Shown in pieces: positions 25,659-38,300 of a stretch of DNA of 49,294 nucleotides; position 1 is the stretch's first letter, and each line of letters starts with the position of its first letter. The position numbers were made by a program, and so were the translations under genes. This stretch comes from Girardia tigrina (taxonomy: Eukaryota): positions 64,625-113,918 of the forward strand of contig MQRK01218860.1 in the NCBI GenBank assembly GCA_001938485.1. The letters run 5' to 3'. The notes beneath the pieces are model-generated. The model saw only the letters and a program-made list of their open reading frames with translations. It was not told the origin of the DNA and searched no databases.

Positions 25659-26555
25659 CAGAGTGCCCTCTGGAAAACACAAGGATTTTATGAAACCAAA
25701 GAGTATTTAATTAAACACGTGATAAGGACAAACAATTATATTTACATAAATAAGCTTGCTTTTCAGAGGTGTTTAAAATGTCCTCCGTCATTGTTGCAAC
25801 ACTTTCGAAGTCTTGGAATCCAGGAAGCTATGGCCTTGAAAATTTCTTCCATGTTTTCCATTAGTTCCTCATCTGAGAACCATACGATTTTCCACTTTTC
25901 ATCAACTCTATATCGATTAATGAATTCTGTTGATTTTGAATCCCGGTTTTGTTATGATTGGCCGTCCGTTTTTGACATTTAATTTCGCGCTCACATTTCA
26001 AGTGACTTTGAAATATTTAACACTTTGAAATATGCAATTCAGATGCGATTTGTCGTTGACTGCTGTGCCGAAGGAGAGGACTATTCTCTGGACTGACTGC
26101 CATTCTGAGCACGGCTTTTTTAACTAGAGAGTGAAGTTTTCATTTTGTATCTGTTCTTATTTTACGCATTTTGGTAGCGACCACACCAATATTTTTCAAT
26201 TTATTACACACAGCATAAAACTGATTTTCAGTAATATCAGCAAAAATCTGGGGAAGAACGTCGGTGCACTTTTTAAGCCCCAAGTAAGATGTTCCTTCTT
26301 ATAAAGAGAAATAACACTGCGTTGAAAATCAGTTAATTGTGGAGGTATTTTCTAAAGAGAAAATAAATAATGAAATATGTTGTGTGCTATATAATTATAA
26401 GACAGAAATATCAACCAATTAAAAGCAGTCAATCCTTTATCACGTTCTTAATTAAATAAATAAAATAATTTGGTTTTATTTATGTAAATATAAATTTGTT
26501 TGCCTTTATCACGTATTTGATTAAATACACTTTGTTTTCCTACTGAGAACCGTGT
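25659..26555 (-). mobile_element. Internally deleted Tc1/mariner-superfamily element
   Basis: Imperfect long inverted ends (caaag.gtatttaat.aaa.acgtgataa..caaacaa.ttatatttacataaataa). Inside, KWKIVWFSDE is fused to a C-terminal ..SWIPRLRKCCNNDGGHFKHL*. Confidence 0.7.
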
Positions 26556-26632
26556 AGTATTGCTATATATTTTATAATATATAAATAGTATACCCTTATT
26601 TCAATATATTTAGTTAAGAATAATAAACTAAC

Positions 26633-26881
26633 TACTTTAGCAATGTCTGAACATTTTTCTGCTTTCCCCTTTATTAATGTTCGATATCGGACTCTTTCTC
26701 CTTTACCACAGGTCTTTGAACATGAACTCCATTCCTCCCAAGGACTGACGACACAATGTCGAGTTCTATCTGAATTGGAAGTTAAATATCCTAATTGTGG
26801 TTGTTTTGGGATATTTTCGTTCGAATAAGCCTCGTCTTGGACGGCAACGTTGACTGAACTGCAAAACCGATTATCTTGTTT
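26633..26881 (-). CDS. spon1-like: Spondin-like exon: linker plus TSR1
   Basis: ttctAG acceptor. KQDNRFCSS...CVVSPWEEWSSCSKTCGKGERVRYRTLIKGKAEKC. The donor is GTTAGT at 26632, or GTAGTT 3 nt earlier in the same phase. Confidence 0.88.
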
Positions 26882-26927
26882 CTAGAAAACATTGTTAATC
26901 TCACTAATTGTTAAGAACAGTAATTAC

Positions 26928-27255
26928 ATTATATTCTTGAATAAGCTTAAATGTTACAGTACCAATATTAATGATTTTTCCGTCCATTGAAGAAAATGGA
27001 TTATCTTTAGGCCACGTTGCAGTAATTGGACATATAGGCGACTGGTTTTGTTTTTCTTTCTTATAAGTATAAGTTTCTCCATTGTAAATTCCAGCATCCC
27101 ATGGATAAAGCGGAATAGTAATTTGATCAGTCCATTGACACCGACCACCACAAAGATCAAATCTGCTGAGACCAGTACACCAATCTGGACTAGGCTCAAG
27201 TCGGGAAAGAAAACTCACCAAATGATGAGTAGCATTGACAACTATGAGTGCTGAT
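26928..27255 (-). CDS. spon1-like: Spondin-like exon: C-terminal half of Spondin_N domain
   Basis: SALIVVNATHHLVSFLSRLEPSPDWCTGLSRFDLC...LYPWDAGIYNGETY contains the Spondin_N hallmarks PSPDW and PWDAG. Followed by a 46-nt GT-AG intron. Confidence 0.93.
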
Positions 27256-30059
27256 CTAAAAGGTGTTTGTTATACAGCAAATATATAAATGTAGTGTAAA
27301 AATTTTCCAATGTAGTTTCATTAAAATATAAATTATAAAATTGTGAAAAAATATTTTCTGATGGTGTTAAATGTATGTTGTATTTAATTTGTTGTTTTGA
27401 AATTTTCTTTTTTATCCAGTTAAAGGTGGATATTTTGAGTGTTGTTGATATTCAGAGTGCTAGGACAATATTTATTAAAATGTAAATGTAAAATTATAAA
27501 ATTAAAAAACAATCTTACAAAATAATGATAAAATTTTAATAAAAGAAATCATAATGAAAATATTGTTCCAATAATCAGTTTTGGAAAGACATTCTTGATT
27601 TATCAATCTAGGACAATGCATGTTTAGGAGAGTTTTGTTAATGACTGTCCCGAGGATAATTCATATTGTAATGTAAATACAAATGTTGGAAAAGATATTA
27701 ATTTCTCAAATCAAATAAATAATGTTTCTGTTCAATAAAGAAAACTCTTATTTTTATGGATAAAAATGTGAAAATAAATTCTTATTTCTATTAAAATGAG
27801 ATTCGTAAATATGTGATGGTATTTTTTACTTCAAAGTACCTGAACTTTTGTTGGGTATTAAATTATCTTTAATTTAAATATTTACGTTTCAAAACACAAA
27901 TCTTTATTCTTTAATCTGAAATCTTTAATCTTAAATCTTTAATTTAAAATCTCCAATTTGAAATCTTCAATTTGAAATCTTTAATCTGACTCCAATTACT
28001 CAGAAAGGACTTCCAACATAAATATATAGACAATGAACAAAAATTCTTTATGAAACTTTATTTCGAATAACAAATATTAACAAGTCAAAAATAATAATAA
28101 TAATAATTCAATTTTTGATGACAGAACATATAAAAAATATTGTATCACTTGTGTCGCATTAATACAATATTTTTTATTTCGTATTTTGTCAACTAATAAA
28201 CTCACTCAATTATACTTTGAAGTTGACTTGGTTTAGCAAAAAAGAAAACAAATAATATAACAATCAAAACGCAAAATATGTCAAAGTTTGATAATAAAAT
28301 AAATATATCTAACAATAAGAGAAATAAATGCAATTTACTTGAGATCAACAAAATAAGATTTTATTCATTCCTATAACAAGTACATCATAATAATCACGGT
28401 AATTAATTAATATTGTTATTCAAATTATTAATCGATATATCTTTTAATACAGATTTTGAAGAAGATAATGAAAGTTTGTTTTGTATGGGAATAATTTGAA
28501 ATCTTCTCTTAATGTCATTTGAATTGATTAAATAAAAAAAAATTTTATTTTATTTGATAAACTTCTTACGAACACCGGGTCCCTGTGTTGGACATGAAAT
28601 ACTCCTTTTGAAAACTTATTTTCTTCAAAGTTTTCGAGATGTGTTGAACTGATCTGTACACCACATACGGAAAATATTTCCTATAACTTTTTTAAGAATC
28701 TTAAAAAAATGCTTTCGTTAATTTAACTAGATTAACGCCAATCTGAAAGACCCAAGGTGCTAGTCAAAATAAATTCACTTTCATATTCGATGACCGATGA
28801 TATCCTTTCTCGGACACAAACAAATGAGATATAAGCTGAGATTAACCAAGTCAACCAAATTATACAAACTCTCCGATCGCGGCTTGGACAATTCAAATAG
28901 AATAAAAAAACAAAAGACAATCGTAAATGCATCTCACACCACACACAAGAATGTCTGTGTACAACTATAACTAAATAAAAGTCAAGTGTCTTGTACAAAA
29001 AACGAAAGTAAGCAAACCACATCCATACACAAAACACGCGAAAGTAGTGTTTCACAGAACGCAAACACAAAACAATATTTCGTACGAATTAATAGATTAC
29101 AGTAAAAACTGTGAATCTCCAAAACGAACGAATGTTTAAATTTAAATTAAACCTTTTCCTCCCATACGGGATACTTTTGGTTTAAAGAAAAATAATATTT
29201 TGAAAGAATAAAATAAAAATAAAATAAATTTTTGAATTCACGTTACTTGTTTCCTTACGCGAATTTTTGTTTAGGCAAATTTTTCGACAAATATTTTGGG
29301 CAGACTAAAACTAGATTTGCTGCTGTTTATATAATAGTTTTCATCGGCCTTGAAAATTGATGAAGTAAAACAAAGACTAAAATATTTTTAATTTTCAATT
29401 CCAACTTTTGTTAAACTAAATATTATTTTATTTAAAATTAATAATTTTACCAAAAGAATTATTTTAAATTTTTCTATATAAAATTTTATCAAAAGTGTTC
29501 ATATGTATTTTTCGAAACCCTAACACTTTTACATTACTCTTTGTGGAGCGTTTTAGAATCATGTTTCTTCTGTTGAACATCATAATAAAGACTTCCTTTC
29601 TATTTTTCTACTATTTGCTCGAAATGAGATAAAACTTTAGAAACTCGATGTTCGAAAATCGGATGTGATGATTCAGATGTGAAATTCTTTAAAAAAAATT
29701 AAAATTCTTTAAAATTCTGTAAACAAAAAAAATCTTTTCAAAAGCAACTGGTTGACATTTTGAAAGCAACATGTGTTATTTAAAAAGTAATTAATTTTTT
29801 ATACATATGTTTGTGCATTACTTTTCGCTTCATTATTTTCATTAAATATCTGATTTTTACATAGTTCAATGACTTTTGGGCTGCTCTGTATAACGAAGAA
29901 CTGTATAACGAAGCTTTTTACTCTATTCGCATTATTTTGATCAATCAGTTGCTATGACCAAAACATATGCAGCAACACTAAAAACCAAAAAAGAAATAAA
30001 TTTAATTATAAATTATATTGCTATCTGAAGTTAATTTATATGGATAGTATATCAAAATA

Positions 30060-31341
30060 CAGGGTAATCATAAAGTAACTACCGGGTTTTAAACTGCAAT
30101 AACTTTTTTTGGCAAAACATGACAAAATAGTTTTAAATAACAAAGAAGCATTTATTAAAATTTAATAATATTCAACAGAATAACCACCGACATCAATACA
30201 ATGTTTAAGGCGTCCATGAAAAGACTTAATGGCATTTTGGCACTTTTCACCATCTATTTTTGCCGCTTCTTGACAAATAAAATCTTTAAGTTGCTGAATT
30301 GTTTCTGGTTTTCTTTTATACGCTTCATTCTTCAAATACATCCACACACAAAAAATCGAGAGGTGTCAAATCAGGGGATTTGGTCGGCCATACATATGGA
30401 CCACATCGTCCCAGTAAACGTTGTGGAAACGCTTCATCCAGACATAGTCGCACAATCAGGGAATAATGGGCAGGTGCTCCATCTTGCTGGAACACAGCTT
30501 TCCGTTTGCATATTCTTGATAACGATGGCATAAAGCAACTTTTTAACAGGTAAAGCGCCGTTGTTATGTTTCCTTCTATAAAAAAGGGCCCATAAACACG
30601 AGTTGAAGACAACCCATCCAAAAATTTACTTTTTCACTAACCTGTGACCTCTGATATGTTTCGGTTGGTGTTTCAGTGCCCCAAATGCGACAGTTATGTC
30701 TGTTTACAATGCCGTTAAGATGGAAAGTTGACACATCAGAGAATATCAGGTTACTAAGAAAATTGTCATGTACATCTATCACACATAACACATCTAAGAG
30801 CGCAATCTTCTTCATGTAAAAGTTGCGTGTCTTGAATTCCGTAGGGGAACATTTTTAAGTCGTTTCGTAATACTTTTTGAACAGTTCCAAAAGAGCAATT
30901 CAGAGTTGACAACGATTTCCTGATAGAAGACTGGGGTTTTTGCTTAAAATGTTCTGCTAGCTCATTTTTCTTTTCATCATCAATTGGTGGTCTTCCAGAT
31001 TTTGGGGCATTTAGAACGCTTCCTGTTTCTTCAAACTTTTTGAAGATACTTCTAATACTTCTTTCGGTTGGAATATTTTTCCATTTAAGTCGTTGAAGTT
31101 CTCTTCTTACTAAAGTCACTGACTCATGCTTCGAAAATAAAATAACAATTTTTGCACGCTGATTTACATCCATTTTGAATCTTACGCTTAAAACAATAAC
31201 AATTAATACATTTAAACAAAATATACTTTAATTAAATTTTAAAGAATAAGCTTCAAGATGCCTTTATAATTAAAAAGAAATACAATATAATTCAAAAGTT
31301 ATTGCAGTTTTAAACCCGGTAGTTACTTTATGATCACCCCG
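30060..31341 (-). mobile_element. Full-length DD41D (rosa/Visitor-type) Tc1/mariner element (1282 bp), frameshifted
   Basis: About 48-bp TIRs with TA flanks. Transposase pieces 31173-30162: MDVNQRAK..KFEETGSV..SGRP, IFSD, FQQDGAPAH-41 aa-D (SPDLTPLDF). Confidence 0.93.
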
Positions 31342-31637
31342 TATATAATATAATCAATAAATTAAGACTTCGTCAAAGATTAAAATATCTTGATATTCGG
31401 CCATAGGACTACAATCCTTATGCTTTGGTGATAAATCATTTAGTTCAGCAAGTTAACCAACATTTTTTTCAACGCCACGTAACGCCTTCAGGTGCAAATT
31501 CAGGTAAATATATAGCTTTCTGTTGAAGATAATGGAAAACTAATATTCATTTTATCAATTATTTATTGTTTAAAGAATAATGTCGTTTTTTAACCTTAAT
31601 CTTTAAAGACAAATATCTCAGCGTAGAATCCACTTTA

Positions 31638-32490
31638 TTAATCAAAATAACAACCGTTAGTATCAACGCACTTTTGCCAGCGTTGCACAAGTTTATTTAT
31701 TCTGGTTGCATAAAATTCTGGCTTTCTGGAGGCGATGAAATCGTTGAAGTCAGTTTTAGGATCCCCTTGATTTTTGAAGTATTTCTCCTAGAGGAAAATG
31801 TCAAGATGTTTGAAAAAGTGATAATCAGTAGGCGCGAGGTCAGGTAAGTATGGTGTATGACTCAAAGTTTCGTATCCAAGTTCGTTCAACAGTTACATTG
31901 TCAGACGTGCGATGTGTTGCCGGGCGTTGTCATGGAGAAGAATAGGCCCCTTCCTATTGACTAATGCTGGATGTTGTTGTTGAAGTTTCCGGTTCATTTT
32001 AACGATTTCCTAACAGTATTTGTCTGTCGTAATTGTTTCTCCTGTATTTAGGAAGCTATGATTAATAAAACCGGCTGCAGACTACCAAACAGTCACCATC
32101 ATCTTTTTTCGGTACAATTTTGGCCTCGGAAAGGGTTGCGGAGCTTGATCGTGGTCCAACCATTGAGAAAAAAGTTTCCGATTGTCGGAAAGAATCAACT
32201 TTTCATCACACGTTACAATTCGGTCTAGAAACGGATCATTCTTGTTCCGCAGAAGAAGTGAAGACGATTCCTCAAAACAACGCATTTTTGATTGTCATTT
32301 AATTCGTATGGAATCCATTTATCTAGATTTTTCGACTTCCCAATGTAACGCAGAAGGTTTGAAATTGTTTCTATCGTGACACCAAGTTCCTCCGCAAGCT
32401 CTCGAACCGTTTTGCATGGATTCGCTTCTACTAAAGCCTTCAAATTTTCATTTTCAAAAGCGCCTCTGCTACCACCGTCCGCTCTTTATG
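31638..32490 (-). mobile_element. 5'-truncated mariner (cecropia/Hsmar1-like) transposase relic
   Basis: DPFLDRIVTCDEK, QWLDHDQAPQPFPRPKL..KKMMVTVW, GPILLHDNARQH, DYHFFKHLD, RWQKCVDTNGCYFD*. Confidence 0.9.
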
Positions 32491-32782
32491 GCTACTCGAG
32501 GATCCCGTGGAACATAAAGTGTAGCTGGGACAATGAATAATTAAACAGAGTAATAAAAAACACGAATTTTATTTCGAGTAGTAATTTATTTAGACAAGTC
32601 AAAATTGTGATAAATAGTCACGCATAATAATTTTATCGCAATTGATACCTTTAAACAATTCAAAAAATTACAAATATATAGAAAATGAACACACTTCAAT
32701 GTTGAAATTTATTCACAATTTTTCATTATTTTTTTATATTTGCTGTATTTATTTTATAAGTCAAAAAAATTTCGTCAGAATA

Positions 32783-32828
32783 TATTGTGATTAATTTTGA
32801 CGGATCGACCGTAATCATCAGACTGAAA
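32783..32828 (-). ncRNA. Mutated hammerhead copy in the inverted pLTR
   Basis: Minus strand reads CTGATGA-T-TACGG-tcgat-CCGTC-AAAA-TTAATC: G10.1>T (32813) and G12>A (32798). Confidence 0.75.
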
Positions 32829-33139
32829 TAACAATGATATACTCGCGTTTATATATCAAAGTAATGTTTATGTAATCATTATGTCATTTAAATCATGAAA
32901 ATACTTTCAATAAAGTTGAAGAGGATGGTGTTTGGACATTGATTTTAGGATCAAAAGATTTGATCAACAATGCTTCACACATCACCCTTTCCCAGTAATT
33001 ATCAAATTGTGAAAAATTAACTCGGGAAACTGTCGATAAATTAATTAAATCGGAAAATGAAAATGAAAAATCAAATACAATAAATAGCGACAAAAACAAA
33101 AATCAGATAAATAATAATTATGATAATATTGGTTTTGTT

Positions 33140-33595
33140 TTGACTGTTCCCTATTCTGAGGGTTTCAGGAAATTCAAAAACTCTATTTTGAAACATGATG
33201 AAAATAATTTATTAAATTTAAAAATTGTATCTAGATCATGTAAGATAGGAAGTTTGTTTAGTAGTAAATCTATCACTCCAACTGGGTTATGTTCCAATTT
33301 AGTTTATCAATATAAATGTAATGGGTGTGACGCCATATATATCGGAGAGACTTGTCGTCATCTCTGTAAACGGATTCAGGAACATAATCGCAGGGAAGGT
33401 GATAGCAATATTGCTCAACATAAGAAGAACTGTTTGATTAGTAAAGTTGATGTAAGTAATTTTAAGATTTTGTGTTCACAATTTGACAATTACTGGGAGA
33501 GGGTGATGTGTGAAGCATTGTTGATCAAATCTTTTGATCCTAAAATCAATATCCAAACACCATCCTCTTCAACTTTATTGAAAGTATTTTCATGA
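33140..33595 (+). CDS. Penelope-type GIY-YIG endonuclease domain (C-terminus of a truncated PLE ORF)
   Basis: NLVYQYKCNGCDAIYIGETCRHLCKRIQEH...IAQH...RVMCEALLI..P.IN carries the GIY-YIG/CxxC/R..EH/E..I..N motifs. Confidence 0.9.
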   Translation: MTVPYSEGFRKFKNSILKHDENNLLNLKIVSRSCKIGSLFSSKSITPTGLCSNLVYQYKCNGCDAIYIGETCRHLCKRIQEHNRREGDSNIAQHKKNCLISKVDVSNFKILCSQFDNYWERVMCEALLIKSFDPKINIQTPSSSTLLKVFS

Positions 33596-33659
33596 TTTAA
33601 ATGATATAATGATTACATAAACATTGCTTTGATATATAAACGTGAATATATCATTGTTA

Positions 33660-33705
33660 ATTCAGTCTGATGATGACGGTTGATCCGTCGAAATTAATCA
33701 CAATA
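33660..33705 (+). ncRNA. Minimal type I hammerhead ribozyme in the pLTR (intact core)
   Basis: CTGATGA (33667-73), T, GACGG-ttgat-CCGTC, GAAA (33690-93), T-TA-ATC. Palindromic mini stem III (ATTAAT); predicted cleavage after C33699. Confidence 0.82.
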
Positions 33706-36700
33706 TATTCTGACGAAGATTTTTTGACTTTTAAAAATTCATTATCGTCATTTTTTAAATATTTATTTTATAATTATTTTCTTTTTAATTGTTATTTGTT
33801 TATTCCAAATAATTTAATTGTTTTCGAATTCATCTAATGATTCACTAATTTTCTTGATTAAATTTTTTTTAATCTTCAAAGTTAGAATTTTTCAAATTAT
33901 CGGAATTCTCTAAGGCAGCGTCAGATTAAACTTTTTCCTAAATTTAAGGAACTTAAAGATTTGAATTACTCGTTTTTGTATTTATTTAATCGATCATTTT
34001 GGACGTAAAAAAGTAAGACCTTGCAAATGATCAGTCAATCCGTCCCTTCAATTTTTCGACTTCAATTATTATTAATAATAGTATTATTATTTTGATAATA
34101 ATTATTTATTATGTGACTTAAAATATAATATTCTAAATTTGCTTTTATATTTAATAAAAAAATTTCTACAAGATGACCCTAATATTTTATATTATTTTTT
34201 TATGGCTTCTTCTGTAAATAGAATTTATTTTTAATTAAACATAATCTAAGGAACAAATATTTTATACATATATTTAAATGAATGAAGTCTAAAGTAAATT
34301 AATTTTCTAAAATGTCAGTTATAAAGTTTTGTGATTCCTGTTTAAGTTGAATTAATATTTAATAAACAATTCCATCTGTAAATAATCCATGACTTAAACA
34401 TAAGCAAAACATCGGAAAAATAAATACATGATGATCAACAATCATGGATTTTACGAAACCAAATTATGATTAATTTATTTAAAAATATAAATAATAAAGA
34501 AATATTTTAATGAAGGATTTGTTTCATTTAATTTATTATTTAATTTAAATACTTCTTACAACTTTCCGGATTCGTTTATCGTTTTAATTCTGTGACCATA
34601 CTTTAAAAAGTATTAACAAAATATTATCAAACATCCAAAAAATATATAATGTTCCCAATGAATCTGACGGTCGTCATCAAGACGAAATTATCGAAAAAAG
34701 AGATGTCAGACCTTAGCAATAAATTATGAATAATTTATATCAAAAATAATTTCTTATTTCCTTCAAAGTTAAATGAAAATAAATTTAATTTAATATATAA
34801 ATTAAGAAACTAATTGTAATATATTTTAAATAATTTCGTTAATATTTTCGCAAATAAATATTTGAAAAACATTTGATAAATTATTTAAAATAAATTTTAG
34901 GATTATAAATCCATAAATGAGTTATAATAAAAGATAAATTATGTTGAGATCGTCCATAATTTTAAAGCAAATTAACTTTGATTAAATCAAGAAATTATTT
35001 GTTTATATTATTTTCAATGTCAAAAGTGTGAATCCTTGTACACTGGAGAGACAACTTGACGCAATCTTTGCACGAGGATCGTTGGACATAATCAATCGAG
35101 TAACAATAGTTCAATTTTCAAGGTAGACAAAGTAATAGTCATAAAAAAGATTATTTTAATAATTTAGATACAAATTAGAAAGGATTGTTATCGAATGAAT
35201 CTGTTTATAAAACATTATAAACCATGTAAAAAGATTTCAGGTGATTCTTCAATCACATTTTGCTTTTTGTTTCAGATTTCACATGTAATAGTTTTTTTAA
35301 ACTTTTCCCTTACGGTGACAAAAACGCCCGCACGGTCCGGTGTTGTGTAGTGACCAAACATTTTTTTTAATTAGCAAAAAATCAAAAAATTGATAATACT
35401 CTTCATCATGTATCAATAGAGATATTAAAGTTTAATTAAAGCAATGTGTACTGAGTACATATTTCAGGGAAGGGAATCTTAACTTTATAAATATTCCCTT
35501 TAATATTATTGCAACATCACAATTTGCGTGAAAACATTTATTAACTACACAAACAGACTCATTTTCAGTAGCACAATCTGTGGAAAGCATCGTTCTTCAA
35601 TTAAAATAGTTTTGTCTATTTCTTTAAATCTTAATGAATTTAATTTATCAAAATTTTATTGAGTAAAAATAAATTAAGTAAATTTTAAGATAAACATTAG
35701 TTCTTTAATTATATTCAAGTTAAGAAGTTAAGTTATTAAGTATTATTACAATTTCAAATTACAAAACTTTTAATTAATTAGTATTTATACATTAATCTCA
35801 TTAGATTTAAATAATTAATCAACAAAATATCAATCCCATCTGAGTAGGAGAGTCACCAGTCTAAATAGTATGCAAACAACAAAATCACTATTAAAAACGG
35901 TTTCAAAATAAACACTATTTTATGACATAATGGTGAAAACGTATTGTATTAAAAATAACTTTTCTTTTTGTTATTAATAAATAAGTTGTTCTTTATTTCA
36001 GATAAAAAATTAAAAGATAAATGTGGTTTTTGTATAAAATATAAATTTTTTCGAATTTATTTTCCTCCTTCTCTTGTAGTATTCCTTACTACAATTGTGT
36101 GTGATCAGTGAATTTAAGGGTATGTAAAACATAATGAATACAGAGCAATAACTCTATTATATGCTTTGATAAGTGCATTTTTTAACTGATTCCACAATGT
36201 GATTCAACTAAGTCGGACATTGAATTCTTAAAAATTTGGTCTCTAAAAACTATAGGAATTTCATAATTAGTGTTCTGTAAAAGCTTTGCATCGTGTCTTC
36301 AGTGTTTGAAGGATTTAAAGTTGTAAGTATATACAATAAGTTGAAATAGGTTGTTAATTTGAACAAATATTTTAGTAAATAATATATCTTTGAAAATCAT
36401 TAGGTTGACTTGTTTTTTATGCATCACTTTGGTAAAATAATTTTTTCAACTGTTTGCCTGTAGTGCACTACTTTGTTTCTGATACATGTAAACATGAACA
36501 CTGTAAGTTAATATAAGAAATAATTTAGAAATATAATTTTTTACAAATGTTTCTTTATGACAGTTTGCTTATATATGTTTTTGGTGGTATTATCTATAAA
36601 AGTTAAGAATTTTTGTTTTCGTACTTCATAAAACGAAAGAAGGATTCTCTCATATGAAGATATCATTCGTAGATTATGTTATAGTTGTTACCTTTATCTA

Positions 36701-37075
36701 GAGCACACAATGAAAAAACATGATTTTAAAAGTATAAAAGGTGTTTTGAAGAAAATTAGATTCCAAATCTGGCAATCATATAAAAATCATGTCCAAAAGT
36801 TAGAGAATTTGGTTAAGAAATTGGAAGGTCTAAAAAAGACAAAGTCTGAAAAACCAAATCAAGTATTCGACGAGAAAGCATTTGAAGGAACATTTACTAA
36901 TTTCTTTGATGTTTCCTGTTCATGATGTTTCGATGATGATCAAAATTCATGAAAACATGGAAAGAAGAATGAAAATGTTTGATCCATTACCGAAAGTAAA
37001 GGAGAAAACATAAGTACAGAAAAGAGAACATTATCATAAATGAAAAAGAAATAAAGAGCAGATTTACAAGAGTTC

Positions 37076-37530
37076 ATGTTAAATTTTAAGCAATATTTAT
37101 GTGGCAGGCGATTTACAGCAAGAACTGATTATAAAGCACTGCTACATATGAAGAGTACGTCCAAACCAATAACTCCTCAATTCCAGACATGGTTAGCAAA
37201 CATGGCGGATTTTTACTTTGATTTGAAGTATAGAAAAGGTGACGAACATATAAATGCAGATATATTATCACGGCTATATGACGACATATGTGCACAATGT
37301 GAAACAAAACACAAAGAACCAAAATCAACAAAAGCAAGAGTGAAATACATCAATACAGTGGTGATTCAGTCTACAATTCAATGGATAAAAGACGAACAAG
37401 AAAAGTGCTCAGAGCTGAACCAGCTGAAACAAATACAGGAGATGGCAGAAGGTGAAAAGAATGAAATCACCAAGGACTTATTACAACTAAAGGACCAATT
37501 AGTTTATCAGAATGGGTTATGGGGTAGGCA
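37076..37530 (+). mobile_element. Ty3/Gypsy RNase H / linker relic
   Basis: FKQYLCGRRFTARTDYKAL...W...FYFDLKYRKGDEHINADILSR followed by CAQC..KH. Confidence 0.88.
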
Positions 37531-37689
37531 AGAAAGACATGACAGAGATATTTCTTTGAAACCAAGTTTTTCCTCATATTCTTTACACTCTCAATGTATC
37601 CCGAGATTTGCAAAGTCAAAGAAAAAATAATTTTTCAACGTCAAATCAGGAACGTGACCGTCTTTGATGATAATTACTTTCTTTATTCA

Positions 37690-38300
37690 CGCATCAGATA
37701 AAGAAGGGCATAATACCATGTCACTCGGTGAATTATTCAAGCTCACGACAACAAAATGAAGCTAATGAGCACAACACTTCAAATTAGAGCTCTATCAATG
37801 TATACCATTAGTGTTTCAGTGGTACAACTCTTGTGACTCTTGGAAAACTCTGTAAAAAGGTTATATAAAGCATTCCTTGGGTAATAAAACATTGTAAAAA
37901 TCAGAAGTTTTGAAGATCGGCTTAAAATTTTTTTGAAAATTTTGAAAAGAAATAAATTTAATATTTTATTACTAAAGTCTTGTTCTTTCAAGTTCTGATG
38001 AAAAAAATTGCAAGTAAATTTAGAGTAAATATTCTCAGAATATCTTGTGTAATGATAATGCAAATCTTTCTTTATTGTTTTTTGCTACTATCCCTATACC
38101 ATCCAGGGTGTCGTCTATTGACCATTTTTTCAAAATATGTGGCCATGAGCTCTTTTTAAGGTATCTTTCCATTGTCATGATATGAAAATGCTTTATTTTC
38201 CATCTCGATTATTTTTCCTGGACATTATGTTTGGAAAATCGTTTCTTGAAAAACAGCTTTGATCTTTTTTTTATTTTGCTTGAATTTAAATTTGCTTTAT
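37690..38300 (-). mobile_element. Possible decayed hAT transposase
   Basis: Minus-strand IDRASN(L) followed by CCAH*LHFVV resembles hAT DGASNM...HCxAHxLNLV. Heavily decayed. Confidence 0.35.

Larger units (their letters stand above)
32751..33738 (+). mobile_element. 5'-truncated Penelope-like retroelement with inverted pLTR
   Basis: GIY-YIG endonuclease frame from about 33010 to 33595. The 3' end (about 33475-33738) is repeated in inverted orientation at about 32751-33013, with about 13 differences counted by eye. Confidence 0.92.

Noticed and set aside
28130-28177. Perfect 16-bp hairpin with a 16-nt loop
   Set aside because: The stem is almost all A/T and too short for a pre-miRNA; plausible by local duplication.
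33709-33738. CTGACGA just after the pLTR hammerhead as a second ribozyme core
   Set aside because: No convincing stem II or GAAA in either arm.
34664-34692. Hammerhead-like CTGACGG-tc-GTC-atcaa-GAC-GAAA-TTATC
   Set aside because: A9 is missing, stems are weak and there is no PLE context; at most a degenerate copy.
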